From contig OZ243916.1 of NCBI GenBank assembly GCA_965213675.1, forward strand, positions 2,464,001 through 2,528,000: a stretch of DNA of 64,000 bases, read 5' to 3'. The notes under the pieces are model-generated. The model worked only from the letters and a program-made list of their open reading frames with translations. It had not been told where the DNA came from and did not search any database. The stretch is from an uncultured Candidatus Binatia bacterium. GTDB taxonomy: Bacteria; Desulfobacterota; Binatia; UBA9968; JAJDTQ01. Positions 1 through 9,438 of this stretch are shown piece by piece. Positions within the stretch are counted from its first letter, which is position 1, and each line of letters begins with the position of its first letter. A program made the translations under genes and the position numbers.

Positions 1-552
1 CTCCAGAAACTCGCGGTTGGCGGGGTCCTCGGCGAAGCGCGCAAGCTTCTCCATGACCATGTCTTCGTGACCCTCCTCGTCGTCCACGATGTCCTTGGCG
101 AGTTGCCGCACCGCCGGGTCCGGAGTGGTGTCGCGCATGTGCTCCATGAACACCACCGCGGACTTCTCCGCGATGTTGCACAACCGGAACGCGCGCACGT
201 CGCCGGTGAGAAACTGGCCGAAGTAACCGTCGTAAGCCGCCACGGGAACATCGTCGCCGGCGCCACGGCCGTCGAGGTACTCCCGGATCAGCGCGTGGTG
301 CTTGTACTCGTCGGCGGCCTGCTCCGCCACGTGGGCGCGTTCGTGGGGCTCCAACTCGTCGTACTGCAACAGCGCCTTGGTGAACGCCACCGCGTGAGCC
401 AACTCTTTCTTCGCCTGCCGCTGCATCAGCGCGACGAACTGCGGCGAATCCGGATCCAACTCGGCCAGCGCCTTGCGGATGGCGATGACGGGCCCCTCCA
501 ACTCATCGTGGTAGCGGCGCCCCAACGATTCAACGAACTCCCGTCCGGTCAT
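1..552 (-). CDS. Ferritin-like (di-iron carboxylate) protein, runs off the left edge
   Basis: Not in the ORF track. Manual translation from ATG at 552 gives MTGREFVESLGRRYHDELEG...KKELAH...ADEYKHH...IAEKSA...VDDEEGHED, open to base 1. It has two DExxH motifs with intervening Glu, the ferritin-like pattern. Confidence 0.85.
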   Translation of the reverse strand, partial: MTGREFVESLGRRYHDELEGPVIAIRKALAELDPDSPQFVALMQRQAKKELAHAVAFTKALLQYDELEPHERAHVAEQAADEYKHHALIREYLDGRGAGDDVPVAAYDGYFGQFLTGDVRAFRLCNIAEKSAVVFMEHMRDTTPDPAVRQLAKDIVDDEEGHEDMVMEKLARFAEDPANREFLE

Positions 553-734
553 GACATGTTTCCCCCGAGTCAGTGTCGACTCGATCAAACTACCGGCCAG
601 GCTCTTGTCATGTCAATCTGTTTGCCGCGCACAACGGTACTGTTACAAGAGAGCAACAGGATGCGGTTGCCGCGGGCGCCACAGGCGGCCGCACCGCCGT
701 CGACGTCGCGGCCGGTTCGGAAAGGAGACTCCAC

Positions 735-1112
735 ATGGCGAAGGATGATGCGCGCAAGGCTTTTGCAGATGTCTCGCTCGGGTCCGGGAACAAGGCCTAC
801 GACATCATCGCCGATCTCGACCCGGAGTACGCCCGGCACCTGACCGGCCTGTTCGTGGACGGGACCTTCGGGCGTGAAGGCGCCCTGGAGCGGAAGACCA
901 AGGAACTCATCATGGTGGGCATCACCTGCGCCCTCAACCGGCCCCGGGGAGTGCGCCTCCATAGCGAGCGGGCGCTCAAGCTCGGCGCGACGCCGCGGCA
1001 GGTGCTGGAGGCGGTGGAAGTGGCCGTGATCCCCGGGGGCATGCCGGGACTGTGGCTCGGGGTGGAGACGTTGGACGCGATTCTGCGCGAGCAGGGTCTG
1101 GAGTTCAAATGA
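735..1112 (+). CDS. Carboxymuconolactone decarboxylase/AhpD-family protein
   Basis: AGGAG RBS before ATG 735. LERKTKELIMVGITCAL...H...ALKLGAT..QVLEAV is the CMD signature. Confidence 0.85.
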   Translation: MAKDDARKAFADVSLGSGNKAYDIIADLDPEYARHLTGLFVDGTFGREGALERKTKELIMVGITCALNRPRGVRLHSERALKLGATPRQVLEAVEVAVIPGGMPGLWLGVETLDAILREQGLEFK

Positions 1113-2311
1113 GTGAATCCCGCGGTCCGCTGCACGGGGTCCGGGTACTGGACCTGACGCGGGTTCTGGCGGGCCCCTACTGTACCATGTTCCTCGGCGA
1201 CCTCGGTGCGGAGGTGGTCAAAATCGAGCAACCGGGCACAGGCGACGACACGCGGAGTTGGGGACCGCCGTTCCAGGGCGGCGAGAGCGCCTATTTCCTG
1301 TGCGTCAACCGCAACAAGCGGAGTGTCACCCTGGATCTCCGGACCCCGGACGGCATCGCGCTGCTGCGCCGGCTGGCGCTGCGGGCGGACGTGCTCATGG
1401 AGAACTTCCGGCCAGGCACCCTCGCCGGTTGGGGCCTTTCCGAAGCAGAGGTCCGGCGGGAGAACCCAGGGTTGATCTATGCGTCGCTTTCGGCTTTCGG
1501 CGCCAGCGGTCCGCTGAAGGACCGGCCTGGCTACGACCTCGCCATCCAGGCCTGGGGCGGGCTCATGAGCATCACCGGCCCGGCCGGCGGCGAGCCCTCG
1601 AAGGTCGGCGTCGCCATCATCGACGTCGTCGCGGGCCTGATGCTGGGGCAATCCATCGCCGCGGCCCTCTACGCTCGGGAGAAGACCGGTGAAGGGCAAC
1701 GGGTCGAAACCTCTCTCATGGAGGCAGCCGTGGCGAGCCTCATCAATGCCGGGAGCAATTATCTCGTTACCGGCCAGGCGCCCGGGCGCTGGGGCAATGC
1801 GCACCCCAACATCGTGCCGTACCAGAGCTTTCCCACCGCGGACGGCCACTTGGTGGTGGCCACGGCCAACGAGGCCATCTGGGCGCGGTTTTGCCGGGCG
1901 GCGGGGCGGCCGGAGTTGGTGGAAGACCCCCGCTTCGACACCAATGCGCGCCGGGTGGCGAACCGGGACGTCCTCATCACACTCCTGAACGAGCTGTTCC
2001 GCACACGCCCGCAGCATGAATGGATCGAGCTTCTTAACGACGCGGGTGTGCCGTGTTCGCCGGTCCAGGACATCCGGGAAGTCTTCGAATCCCCGCAGGT
2101 GCGCGCCACCGGCATGCTGCAGGAGATCGACCACCCCACCGCCGGCCGGGTGCGCATGGCCGGGCCGCCGGTGAAGTTCTCCGCCACCCCGGCCTCGGTC
2201 CGGCTGGCGCCGCCGCTCTTGGGAGAACACAACGAACAAGTGCTCAGGGAATGGCTTGAGTTGGACGATGCGGAGCTGGTTGAAGTCCGTAATCAGGGCA
2301 CCCTCGGTTGA
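1109..2311 (+). CDS. CoA-transferase family III (CaiB/BaiF)
   Basis: GPLHGVRVLDLTRVLAGPYC, NRNKRS, ENFRPG and GYD motifs; ATGA overlap with the upstream gene. Confidence 0.95.
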   Translation: MSESRGPLHGVRVLDLTRVLAGPYCTMFLGDLGAEVVKIEQPGTGDDTRSWGPPFQGGESAYFLCVNRNKRSVTLDLRTPDGIALLRRLALRADVLMENFRPGTLAGWGLSEAEVRRENPGLIYASLSAFGASGPLKDRPGYDLAIQAWGGLMSITGPAGGEPSKVGVAIIDVVAGLMLGQSIAAALYAREKTGEGQRVETSLMEAAVASLINAGSNYLVTGQAPGRWGNAHPNIVPYQSFPTADGHLVVATANEAIWARFCRAAGRPELVEDPRFDTNARRVANRDVLITLLNELFRTRPQHEWIELLNDAGVPCSPVQDIREVFESPQVRATGMLQEIDHPTAGRVRMAGPPVKFSATPASVRLAPPLLGEHNEQVLREWLELDDAELVEVRNQGTLG

Positions 2312-2436
2312 CAAGCAGGGCGATCCCCCGTTGATCGAGCCTCGGCGCCGGCGCGTTGGTTTCCGGGGAAAGCGACCTCAACACAGAACAACCCTCAGAT
2401 TCTTGTGCGAATGATCCGGACAGGACACTGAACCAG

Positions 2437-2886
2437 ATGCGACAGGGAATGCACTTTGAAGAGTACCGCCCGGGGGACGTTTTCCGCACCGCCCGGCGCA
2501 CCGTGACGGAGACCGACGTCGTGCAGTTCGTGAACCTGGTCGGACTCATGGAACCGCTTTTCATCGATGCCGAGTACATGCGCGACGAAACCGAGTACGG
2601 TGAGCGCATTGCCCCCGGCAGCCTGACCTTCGCGCTGGCCGAGGGACTGACCACCCAGACCGGGATGCTGCACGGGACGGGGCTGGCCTTTGTGGGGCTC
2701 GAAGGCATGCGGCTGTTCCGTCCGGTGAAGGTGGGCGACACCATCTCCGTGGAGATCGAAGTGCTGGACGGGCGCGGGACCAGTTCGCGCCGCGCGGGCA
2801 TCGTCCGTTGCCGCCATGTCGTGGCCAACCAGCGCGGGGAGGCGGTGATGGACTATACCGTGAAACGTCTGATCCGCGGGCGGTAA
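2437..2886 (+). CDS. MaoC-family (hot-dog) acyl-CoA dehydratase
   Basis: FEEY.PGD..RT.RRTVTETD, GERIAPG and PVKVGDTI motifs. Start could be 2437 or 2449. Confidence 0.9.
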   Translation: MRQGMHFEEYRPGDVFRTARRTVTETDVVQFVNLVGLMEPLFIDAEYMRDETEYGERIAPGSLTFALAEGLTTQTGMLHGTGLAFVGLEGMRLFRPVKVGDTISVEIEVLDGRGTSSRRAGIVRCRHVVANQRGEAVMDYTVKRLIRGR

Positions 2887-3036
2887 CGCCGACCCGCGGT
2901 CGCCCCCGAACACGGACCGTTGCCATGCCGTGCGGGACATTCCCGAGTACACGGTCAGGCTGTCAATGGGCAGTCAGTGTTTCGGTGACGCGCAACTCTG
3001 GCGAGACCGACGCGGACGGAACCCGCGGCTCGGATG

Positions 3037-4101
3037 CTATTGCCCGCGGGACTCGCCGGCAGGCCCATCGGTGAAAAGCACCTTGCGGAGTTGCACGATG
3101 AACTTGGGATCCAGCTCGAAAAGCCTCCCAACGGTCTTCTCGATGGCCGCGCCGTCCAGCGGGCGGACGTCCAAACCCAACCTGTTGGCCTCGGCGACAA
3201 ACGCCGGATCGGCCATGGTGTCGGCAAACGCCTTGCGCAGCCGGGTTATCTGCGCCTCCGGCGTCCCCGGAGGAAGCGTGTACGCCCGCGCCAGTTTCGC
3301 CGGGTCGTGGACCCCGTATACGAGCAGCATCCGGGCGTTCCCGGACCCTGCCAGGTCCACCGCGTTGGGGACGGATGGCAGGTCGGCATGGGGCTCGGCC
3401 ATGGCCTGAAGCACCACCCGGGCTCCTCCCGTGGCAAGCATCTTGTCCCACGTCTTCCTGACCGACCGCCAGTGCCAGCAACCGCCCGCGACTTCCTGTC
3501 TGACGGCGGCCAGTCGGAGCTTCTCCAGGCCCTTGTAACCTGGGATGAGCCGCACCGGCAGGGCCAGCGCAGCGGCGACGACACGGGACATGCTCGTGGC
3601 GGCTTCGTTGCGCCCGATGCCGCCCAGCTTGACGGGCCTCTTGCCGCCCGCCCAACCGGCCAGGTCGCCGATGCCGCTCGCCTTGGTGAGGACGCACACC
3701 GGATGCAGGGGCGCCACCGCGCCCACCCAGCCGAACCGCCGTGTGTCCACCCTCACGTCCGTCCGTCCGAAGATCTGTTTGTGGATGAGGTCGCCCGACC
3801 AGAGGCCCACCGTGCGGCCGTCGGGTCTGGCTTCGCGGTACAGGTACTCCGCGGCCACGCTGGTGCCGCCGCCGGCCAGGTTGCGCACCACCACGCGGGG
3901 GCGTTCGGGCAAATGACGCCCGATGTGACGCGCCAGAAGGCGGGTGTCGCTGTCGAACACGCCGCCCGCGCCGCCACCCACGACGAAGGTGAGGGCGCCC
4001 TCGCCCGCACCGGCGGCGAACGACGTGAGCGCCAGCCACAAGGCGGCTGCCAGAATACCTCTGGAGGACATCCCCACCACAGCTCCGGGTCGTTGCGTCA
4101 C
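3037..4101 (-). CDS. Tripartite tricarboxylate transporter substrate-binding protein (TctC/Bug family), divergent
   Basis: Signal-like N-terminus; GGGAGGVFD..TRLLARH, PDGRTVG, GYKG and PPGTP motifs. Confidence 0.88.
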   Translation of the reverse strand: MTQRPGAVVGMSSRGILAAALWLALTSFAAGAGEGALTFVVGGGAGGVFDSDTRLLARHIGRHLPERPRVVVRNLAGGGTSVAAEYLYREARPDGRTVGLWSGDLIHKQIFGRTDVRVDTRRFGWVGAVAPLHPVCVLTKASGIGDLAGWAGGKRPVKLGGIGRNEAATSMSRVVAAALALPVRLIPGYKGLEKLRLAAVRQEVAGGCWHWRSVRKTWDKMLATGGARVVLQAMAEPHADLPSVPNAVDLAGSGNARMLLVYGVHDPAKLARAYTLPPGTPEAQITRLRKAFADTMADPAFVAEANRLGLDVRPLDGAAIEKTVGRLFELDPKFIVQLRKVLFTDGPAGESRGQ

Positions 4102-4140
4102 TCACCTGCGGCGCTGGCGCCCGGCCGAGAGGCGCGGGCG

Positions 4141-5283
4141 TTACGCCCCGTTGAGCCGCGGCATGACCTCCTTGTGGAACAGGTTCAGGGAGTCGATGAC
4201 CTTGTCGTGGGCGAGATTGCCGATGTGGAACATGCCCATGAAGTGCTCGGCGCCGATCTGGCTCATCTGCTGGTTGACCTGCGCCGCCACCGTATCGGGG
4301 CTGCCCGCGATGACGAAACCGGTGTCGATGAGCTGTTCCCAGCTCATCGGATGGAAGTTGACGCGCTCTTCATTGCCCGGACGGAAGTAGCCGCCGGACC
4401 TGGCGCTCACCATGGCCGCCTTGACCCGCTGCTGGTCGGCGGCGACGTCGGTCTTGGCCTCGTTGAAGCCGCGGTTCCACAGCGTGAAGAAGTAGCGCAA
4501 CGGCGGCTCCGCTATCGCCCGCGCCTGCTCGTCGGTCTCGGCCACATGGATGTGGCGGCAAAGGATGAAGTTCTCGGGGCCGCTCTCCCATCCGCCGTCT
4601 CCTGCCACCTTGCGGTAGTAGTTGAAGGTGTCCTCGATCTGGTCCGTGGTCTGGTAGACCTGCGCGATGGGGATCCTGCGCGCGCAGCACCACTCGATGG
4701 ACTCGGCGCTGCGCGCCGCCACCCAGATGGGCGGGTGCGGCTGCTGTACCGGGCGCGGCCAAATGGCGCATTTTTCGAACTGGAAGAAATCGCCCTCATA
4801 GCTCCACACCGGCTCGGTCCAGGCCTTCATGATGACGTCGAAGGCCTCGCCGAACCGTCCGCGGGATTCCTGGGGCTTGACGTTGTACCACAGGTATTCC
4901 GAGGGAATGCCGCGGACAAAGCCCGCGATCAGGCGGCCCGCGGAGAGGCAGTCGATCATGGCGTACTCTTCCGCCACCCGCACCGGGTGCTGGCGCAGCG
5001 GCAGGATGTTCCCGAGTACGCCGATCTTGATGCGGCTGGTCTTCTGACTCAGCGCCGCGGCGATGAGGTTGGGCGACGGCATGGTGCCGTAGGCGCTGTA
5101 ATGGTGCTCGTTGAAGACCACCCCCTCGAAGCCCAACTCCTCACAATAGGCCATCTCTTCCAGGTGTTCCCGGTAGTTGCGCGAGCCCACCGGCGGATCG
5201 AAGTAGGTGCTTGGCACGGGCGTTCCCGGAACGTCCTCGGGCACGTCCGGATAGGCCAGCAGGTCGAAATTGTAGACTTTCAT
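4141..5283 (-). CDS. LLM-class flavin-dependent oxidoreductase
   Basis: NEHHY, PVRVAEEYAMIDCLSAGRL and PRPVQQPHPPIW motifs. Confidence 0.93.
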   Translation of the reverse strand: MKVYNFDLLAYPDVPEDVPGTPVPSTYFDPPVGSRNYREHLEEMAYCEELGFEGVVFNEHHYSAYGTMPSPNLIAAALSQKTSRIKIGVLGNILPLRQHPVRVAEEYAMIDCLSAGRLIAGFVRGIPSEYLWYNVKPQESRGRFGEAFDVIMKAWTEPVWSYEGDFFQFEKCAIWPRPVQQPHPPIWVAARSAESIEWCCARRIPIAQVYQTTDQIEDTFNYYRKVAGDGGWESGPENFILCRHIHVAETDEQARAIAEPPLRYFFTLWNRGFNEAKTDVAADQQRVKAAMVSARSGGYFRPGNEERVNFHPMSWEQLIDTGFVIAGSPDTVAAQVNQQMSQIGAEHFMGMFHIGNLAHDKVIDSLNLFHKEVMPRLNGA

Positions 5284-5405
5284 GGGGGTCGATCTCCTTT
5301 GCGGGCGGCCTCCCGGCCAAGCGACGCCGTATCGGGGCCGGAGGACTAAACTATTCCCATCCCGCTCCGACTGTCAATCACGGCGCCGAGGCGACAGCGC
5401 CTGCT

Positions 5406-7427
5406 CTATCCCGTGAACATCTCCACAAGCGTTCCCGGCGGGAACGGCAGGCTCAACGCGTACTCGAAGACCACGTAGAATCCGGCCCAGGCCAACAGCG
5501 TCAGGATGATGCTGATGGGCCATTTCTCGCCAGCGCCCACCTTGAGGAACAGCAACGTGCACAGCGGCACGGTGATGGGGAAGCCCAGCAGCCAGATGGA
5601 AGCGAAGAACCCCAGAATCCAGCCCACGATGGTCACCGTCCGCCGCATGGCCAACGGGTCCGCTCCCGTGGTGGTCGCCGCCTTGCGCTGTTTCAGGAAC
5701 CCCATGACGTCGATTTCAAGTTGCGCCAGGCAGAACACGATGCCCGGGAAACCGATGACCCAAGGGAACAGGCTGGCGCGATAGCCCCAGTCCCGCGCCG
5801 CCCATACGCCCCAGACGAATCCCGCCAGGAGCACCGCGTCGAAAACGATGTTCCAGACGGTGATGGCCTTGGGCGCTTCGGCTTCGTCCACCTCCGGAAC
5901 GGGGACCGGCGCGGCCACGGCTCCGGCGGCCTGATGTCTGGCGTAGCGCCGCCGCTGGTAGATGGGATAGAGGATGCCCGCCAGAATGATCGCCGCGATG
6001 ACCAGAACCCCCGGGAAGCCCACCCACACCCAGCCGTAGTTGTCCGTGGCCAGGAACAGATTCTTCTCCGCCAGCGAGCCCAGCACGAGCCCCAGCAGGA
6101 GCGGCGGGCGCGGCCAGTCGAGCTGCACCATGACCCAGCCCACGAGCCCGAAGGCCAGCACCACGATGAGGTCCTCGAAGGCGTTGTTCTGGGCGAAGCC
6201 GCCCAGATAGATGAGCACAAGCAGGAACGGCAGCACCAGGCTGCCGCGCACCTCGGTGATGCGCGCCAGTTGCTTGAGAAAGATGAAGCAGATGGAGACC
6301 GTGATGATGTTCGAGACCACCACGATCCACACGAACGAGAACGTGAGCTCGAGGTTCCCGCCCCGACTGGCCGGCTCCAGCATGGGCGGACCGGGAACGA
6401 GGCCCTGGATGATGAACGCCCCCAGGAGGATCGCCATGGTGACGCTGCCAGGCACGCCGAAGGCGATGGTGGGCACCAGCGCGCCGCCGAGGTTCGAGTT
6501 GTTGGCCGCGCCGGGTCCCAGCACGCCTTCCACCGCCCCCTTGCCGAAGCGTTCCTTGTCGGGCGTGCTTTGCACGGCGTGGGCGTAGGCGACCCATTGG
6601 GAGACAGCGCCGCCCATGCCGGGGATGACGCCGATGTAGGTGCCGATGGCGCTGCAGCGCAGCACCAGACCCCAGTGGCGGAAAGTGTCCTTGACCCCCT
6701 CCATGACCCCGCCCAGCTTCTCCACCTTCTCTTCCGCGATGCTGGACCCCTTGACCCAGAGTTCGATGACCTCGGGAATGGCGAACAGGCCGAGGGTCAC
6801 CGGCACCAGCTTGATGCCGTCCCAGAGGTATAGACTGTCGAAGGTGAAACGCTCGATACCCGATATGGGATCGAGCCCGACGGTAGCCAGCATGAGTCCC
6901 AGCGCCGCCGCCGTCAGCCCGCGGACGACGGCCTCGCCGCTCAAGGCGGCCAGGAACGTCACCCCCAGAAGCGCCAGCATGAAGAACTCCGGCGAGCCGA
7001 TGGCGAGCACCAGCGGCCGGACGATGGGGATGGCCAACGCCAGCGCGAAGGCGCCGAAGATGGCGCCCACGAGGGAACTCATGAGCGAGGCGCCGAGGGC
7101 GCGACCGGCCTCGCCCTTCTTGGCCATGGGATGGCCGTCCACGATGGTGGACGCGGTGATGGCCTCGCCCGGGATGCCGAACAGGATGGAGGTGATGTCG
7201 CCGGTGGTGGCGGTAACCGCGGACATGCCCAGGAGGAAGGCGAAGGCCTCCACCGCCTCCATCTTGAAGATGAACGGCAGCATCAGCGCCAGCGTGACCG
7301 GCCCGCCGAGCCCCGGCAGTATGCCCACGGCGAAGCCGATGACGATGCCCAGCATCATCAGCGTGAAGGTCGTTGCCGTAAAGACTTGTGCCAGGCCAGA
7401 CCCGAAGGCCTGAAGCATTTCACCCAT
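5406..7427 (-). CDS. tctA: Tripartite tricarboxylate transporter permease TctA with fused C-terminal TctB-like domain
   Basis: GILPGLG, GIPG, DGHPMAKKGEAGRAL, AANN and FGVPGS TctA motifs, then a linker and about 150 aa of extra hydrophobic helices ending FEYALSLPFPPG (TctB-like). Confidence 0.9.
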   Translation of the reverse strand: MGEMLQAFGSGLAQVFTATTFTLMMLGIVIGFAVGILPGLGGPVTLALMLPFIFKMEAVEAFAFLLGMSAVTATTGDITSILFGIPGEAITASTIVDGHPMAKKGEAGRALGASLMSSLVGAIFGAFALALAIPIVRPLVLAIGSPEFFMLALLGVTFLAALSGEAVVRGLTAAALGLMLATVGLDPISGIERFTFDSLYLWDGIKLVPVTLGLFAIPEVIELWVKGSSIAEEKVEKLGGVMEGVKDTFRHWGLVLRCSAIGTYIGVIPGMGGAVSQWVAYAHAVQSTPDKERFGKGAVEGVLGPGAANNSNLGGALVPTIAFGVPGSVTMAILLGAFIIQGLVPGPPMLEPASRGGNLELTFSFVWIVVVSNIITVSICFIFLKQLARITEVRGSLVLPFLLVLIYLGGFAQNNAFEDLIVVLAFGLVGWVMVQLDWPRPPLLLGLVLGSLAEKNLFLATDNYGWVWVGFPGVLVIAAIILAGILYPIYQRRRYARHQAAGAVAAPVPVPEVDEAEAPKAITVWNIVFDAVLLAGFVWGVWAARDWGYRASLFPWVIGFPGIVFCLAQLEIDVMGFLKQRKAATTTGADPLAMRRTVTIVGWILGFFASIWLLGFPITVPLCTLLFLKVGAGEKWPISIILTLLAWAGFYVVFEYALSLPFPPGTLVEMFTG

Positions 7428-7645
7428 GGTTCATGACTTTCCGTGAGGACTTTCCGTCAAAACAGGAACACCGATCCTGGAAACGTCCCCGAGGACCGGC
7501 TCGGTTCGACGGGATGATGACCGGCGTTATCGAAGCAGAGCAATGCCCGAAGAAGGTAAAGAGATTATGCCACGTAAAGAGAGTATGCCGCCGCGCACGG
7601 ATCGCACCGAGGGTCTGCGTGCTGTACGAGCGACTGGCACACGGC

Positions 7646-7686
7646 GAGCCGCCTCCCGGCGCTCGTGCACTGCCGGGAGGCGGCTC
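7646..7686. terminator. 15-bp perfect stem-loop between the tctC-like gene and tctA-B
   Basis: GAGCCGCCTCCCGGC-N11-GCCGGGAGGCGGCTC just downstream of the tctC-like stop. There is no clear U-tract, so it may be an mRNA-stabilising hairpin instead. Confidence 0.55.
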
Positions 7687-7703
7687 CTTCCACGCGAGCG
7701 TGG

Positions 7704-8738
7704 TTAGTTCTTGGGAATCAAGACTTTCTTCAACAGCGACTTCGTGGCATCGTCCATGTCGTAGAGCGCCGCCATCTTCTTCGCCACCGAGCCGGCGTCC
7801 TGCGGATTCACCTCGATCTTCGATTTTCCCGCATCCGCGATCAGTGCGGGGTCCTTGAGGGTGTCCGCAAATGCTTTCTGGAGCATCTGAAGGCGATCCG
7901 CCGGCACTCCCGGCGGCACCGTGTACGGCCGCGAGAGAGCGCGATAGACATCCGCGGCAACCCCCAGCAGCTTCTTGCCGGTGTCATCCTTGGCCAGGCT
8001 TGTCGCCAGCGCCACATCCTTCAGTTCGGGATGGCTCTCGGGACCCACCTGCAGCACCGGCTTGACGTTGCCGCTCTCAATGCCCTGCCTCCAGGTCGGC
8101 TTGATGGACTGCCACGCCCAGCAACCGCCGTCGATCTCGCCTTTCTCCGCCGCCACCCGGATGATCGCGGTGCCGCTGTAGCCCTCGATGATCTGCATCG
8201 GCAGGCCCGTCGCGGCCTTGATCAGCTTGGGCACATCGTCGGTGGTCGAGCCCGGACCGGTGGCGCCGATCTTGATGGGCCGCTTGGAGTTCATCCAGTC
8301 CTTGATGTTGTTGATGCCGCTGGCCTTGGTCAGTGCGCAGGTATTGTCGTCGGTGACCGGGGCGCCGAGATAGCCGAATTTGCGACCGTCGAACTGGGTT
8401 CCCTTCTTGCCGAGAACGTTCTGCAGGACCAGCGGACCAATCCAGCTGCCGATGGTCAGCCCGTCAGGCTTGGCCTTGTTGTAAATGAAGTTGGCGGCGA
8501 TCAAGCTGCCCGCGCCGGTCCGGTTCTGAACCACGGTTCTGGGGTTGCCAGCCACATGCTTGCCGAAATGGCGGGCGATGAGCCGCGTGTAGGTGTCAAA
8601 ACCCCCGCCCGGGGAGAATCCGACCACGAAACGAATGGTCTTGCCCTTGAAAAAGTCATCCGCGCCCAGGGACAGGGACGGTACCCACACAAGGACAAGC
8701 GCCGAAAGCATCAAGATTCGGAATAACCGATGGACCAT
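7704..8738 (-). CDS. tctC: Tripartite tricarboxylate transporter substrate-binding protein (TctC/Bug family)
   Basis: Signal peptide MVHRLFRILMLSALVLVW; FFKGKTIRFVVGFSPGGGFDTYTR, GAGS and PDGLTIG motifs. Confidence 0.92.
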   Translation of the reverse strand: MVHRLFRILMLSALVLVWVPSLSLGADDFFKGKTIRFVVGFSPGGGFDTYTRLIARHFGKHVAGNPRTVVQNRTGAGSLIAANFIYNKAKPDGLTIGSWIGPLVLQNVLGKKGTQFDGRKFGYLGAPVTDDNTCALTKASGINNIKDWMNSKRPIKIGATGPGSTTDDVPKLIKAATGLPMQIIEGYSGTAIIRVAAEKGEIDGGCWAWQSIKPTWRQGIESGNVKPVLQVGPESHPELKDVALATSLAKDDTGKKLLGVAADVYRALSRPYTVPPGVPADRLQMLQKAFADTLKDPALIADAGKSKIEVNPQDAGSVAKKMAALYDMDDATKSLLKKVLIPKN

Positions 8739-8930
8739 TACAAGCCTCCTACGCTTTGTCTTCGGCGTCTCGCCGGGGCACGCTTCATCAATGGCCATGG
8801 ACCGTCCGCGTGACCGCGTCCATTCCGTTGATTCGTGTCTCCGCACGGTGAGACCCCACACCAACAATATTGAACAGAAGTTTGTCGCACAAATCACCAC
8901 CAAAGGAAAGCGCGCGCCGGCGCGTGCATA

Positions 8931-9113
8931 CGTTTCAGCGCCGGCGGCAATTTGCTCTCCGAGGCGGAATATGAGAAACATCTGTCCGTGGCGTTTCCCA
9001 ACGCCCGCGACGAGCGCGTCCTGAGCGAGATCTTCAAGGACAAGGACCGGGTTCTCCGGATGAACCTGCGATTCAACTCATCGATTCCCTCTGCTGACAA
9101 GGAGAACCCGTGA
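8931..9113 (+). pseudogene. Probable 3' remnant of a BoxB/PaaA-like ferritin-fold epoxidase gene
   Basis: The frame reads RFSAGGNLLSEAEYEKHLSVAFPNARDERVLSEIFKDKDRVLRMN... with coding-like GC3, and its TGA overlaps the GTG of the next gene. The resemblance to BoxB-like C-termini is recalled, not verified. Confidence 0.4.
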
Positions 9114-9433
9114 ACCGTTTCTGCCTGGTGTGTCAGAACGTCGATTGCAAGAGCCGCGGCGCCGAGCAGCTCATGAAGGAACTTCAGGAGCGCGTGGCGG
9201 CCAAGGGGATCAAGGACGTGGAGGTGCGTTCCTACATGTGTTTCGGCGCCTGTCAGGAAGGCCCCAACATGGTCCTCTACCCCGACAGGTTCTGGTACGC
9301 CGGCGTCAAGACGGAAGATGTGGACGACATCGTCGAGCACATGGCCGGCGGCCCGGCGGTGGAGCGGCTGGACAAGATCGACCCCTCCCTCAAGGAACTC
9401 ATTTACCAGTTGCTCGACACCGGGGTATTTTGA
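9110..9433 (+). CDS. Thioredoxin-like [2Fe-2S] ferredoxin (NuoE-like fold)
   Basis: CQNVDC...CFGACQEGPNMVLYPD..WY pattern; AAGGAG RBS. Confidence 0.9.
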   Translation: MNRFCLVCQNVDCKSRGAEQLMKELQERVAAKGIKDVEVRSYMCFGACQEGPNMVLYPDRFWYAGVKTEDVDDIVEHMAGGPAVERLDKIDPSLKELIYQLLDTGVF

Positions 9434-9438
9434 CGGCC

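Noticed and set aside
3034-5349. 771-aa plus-strand ORF, and similar long ORFs at 35300-37816, 29673-31949 and 27567-29657
   Set aside because: They are antisense shadows of well-supported genes, as expected in high-GC DNA, and show no family motifs.
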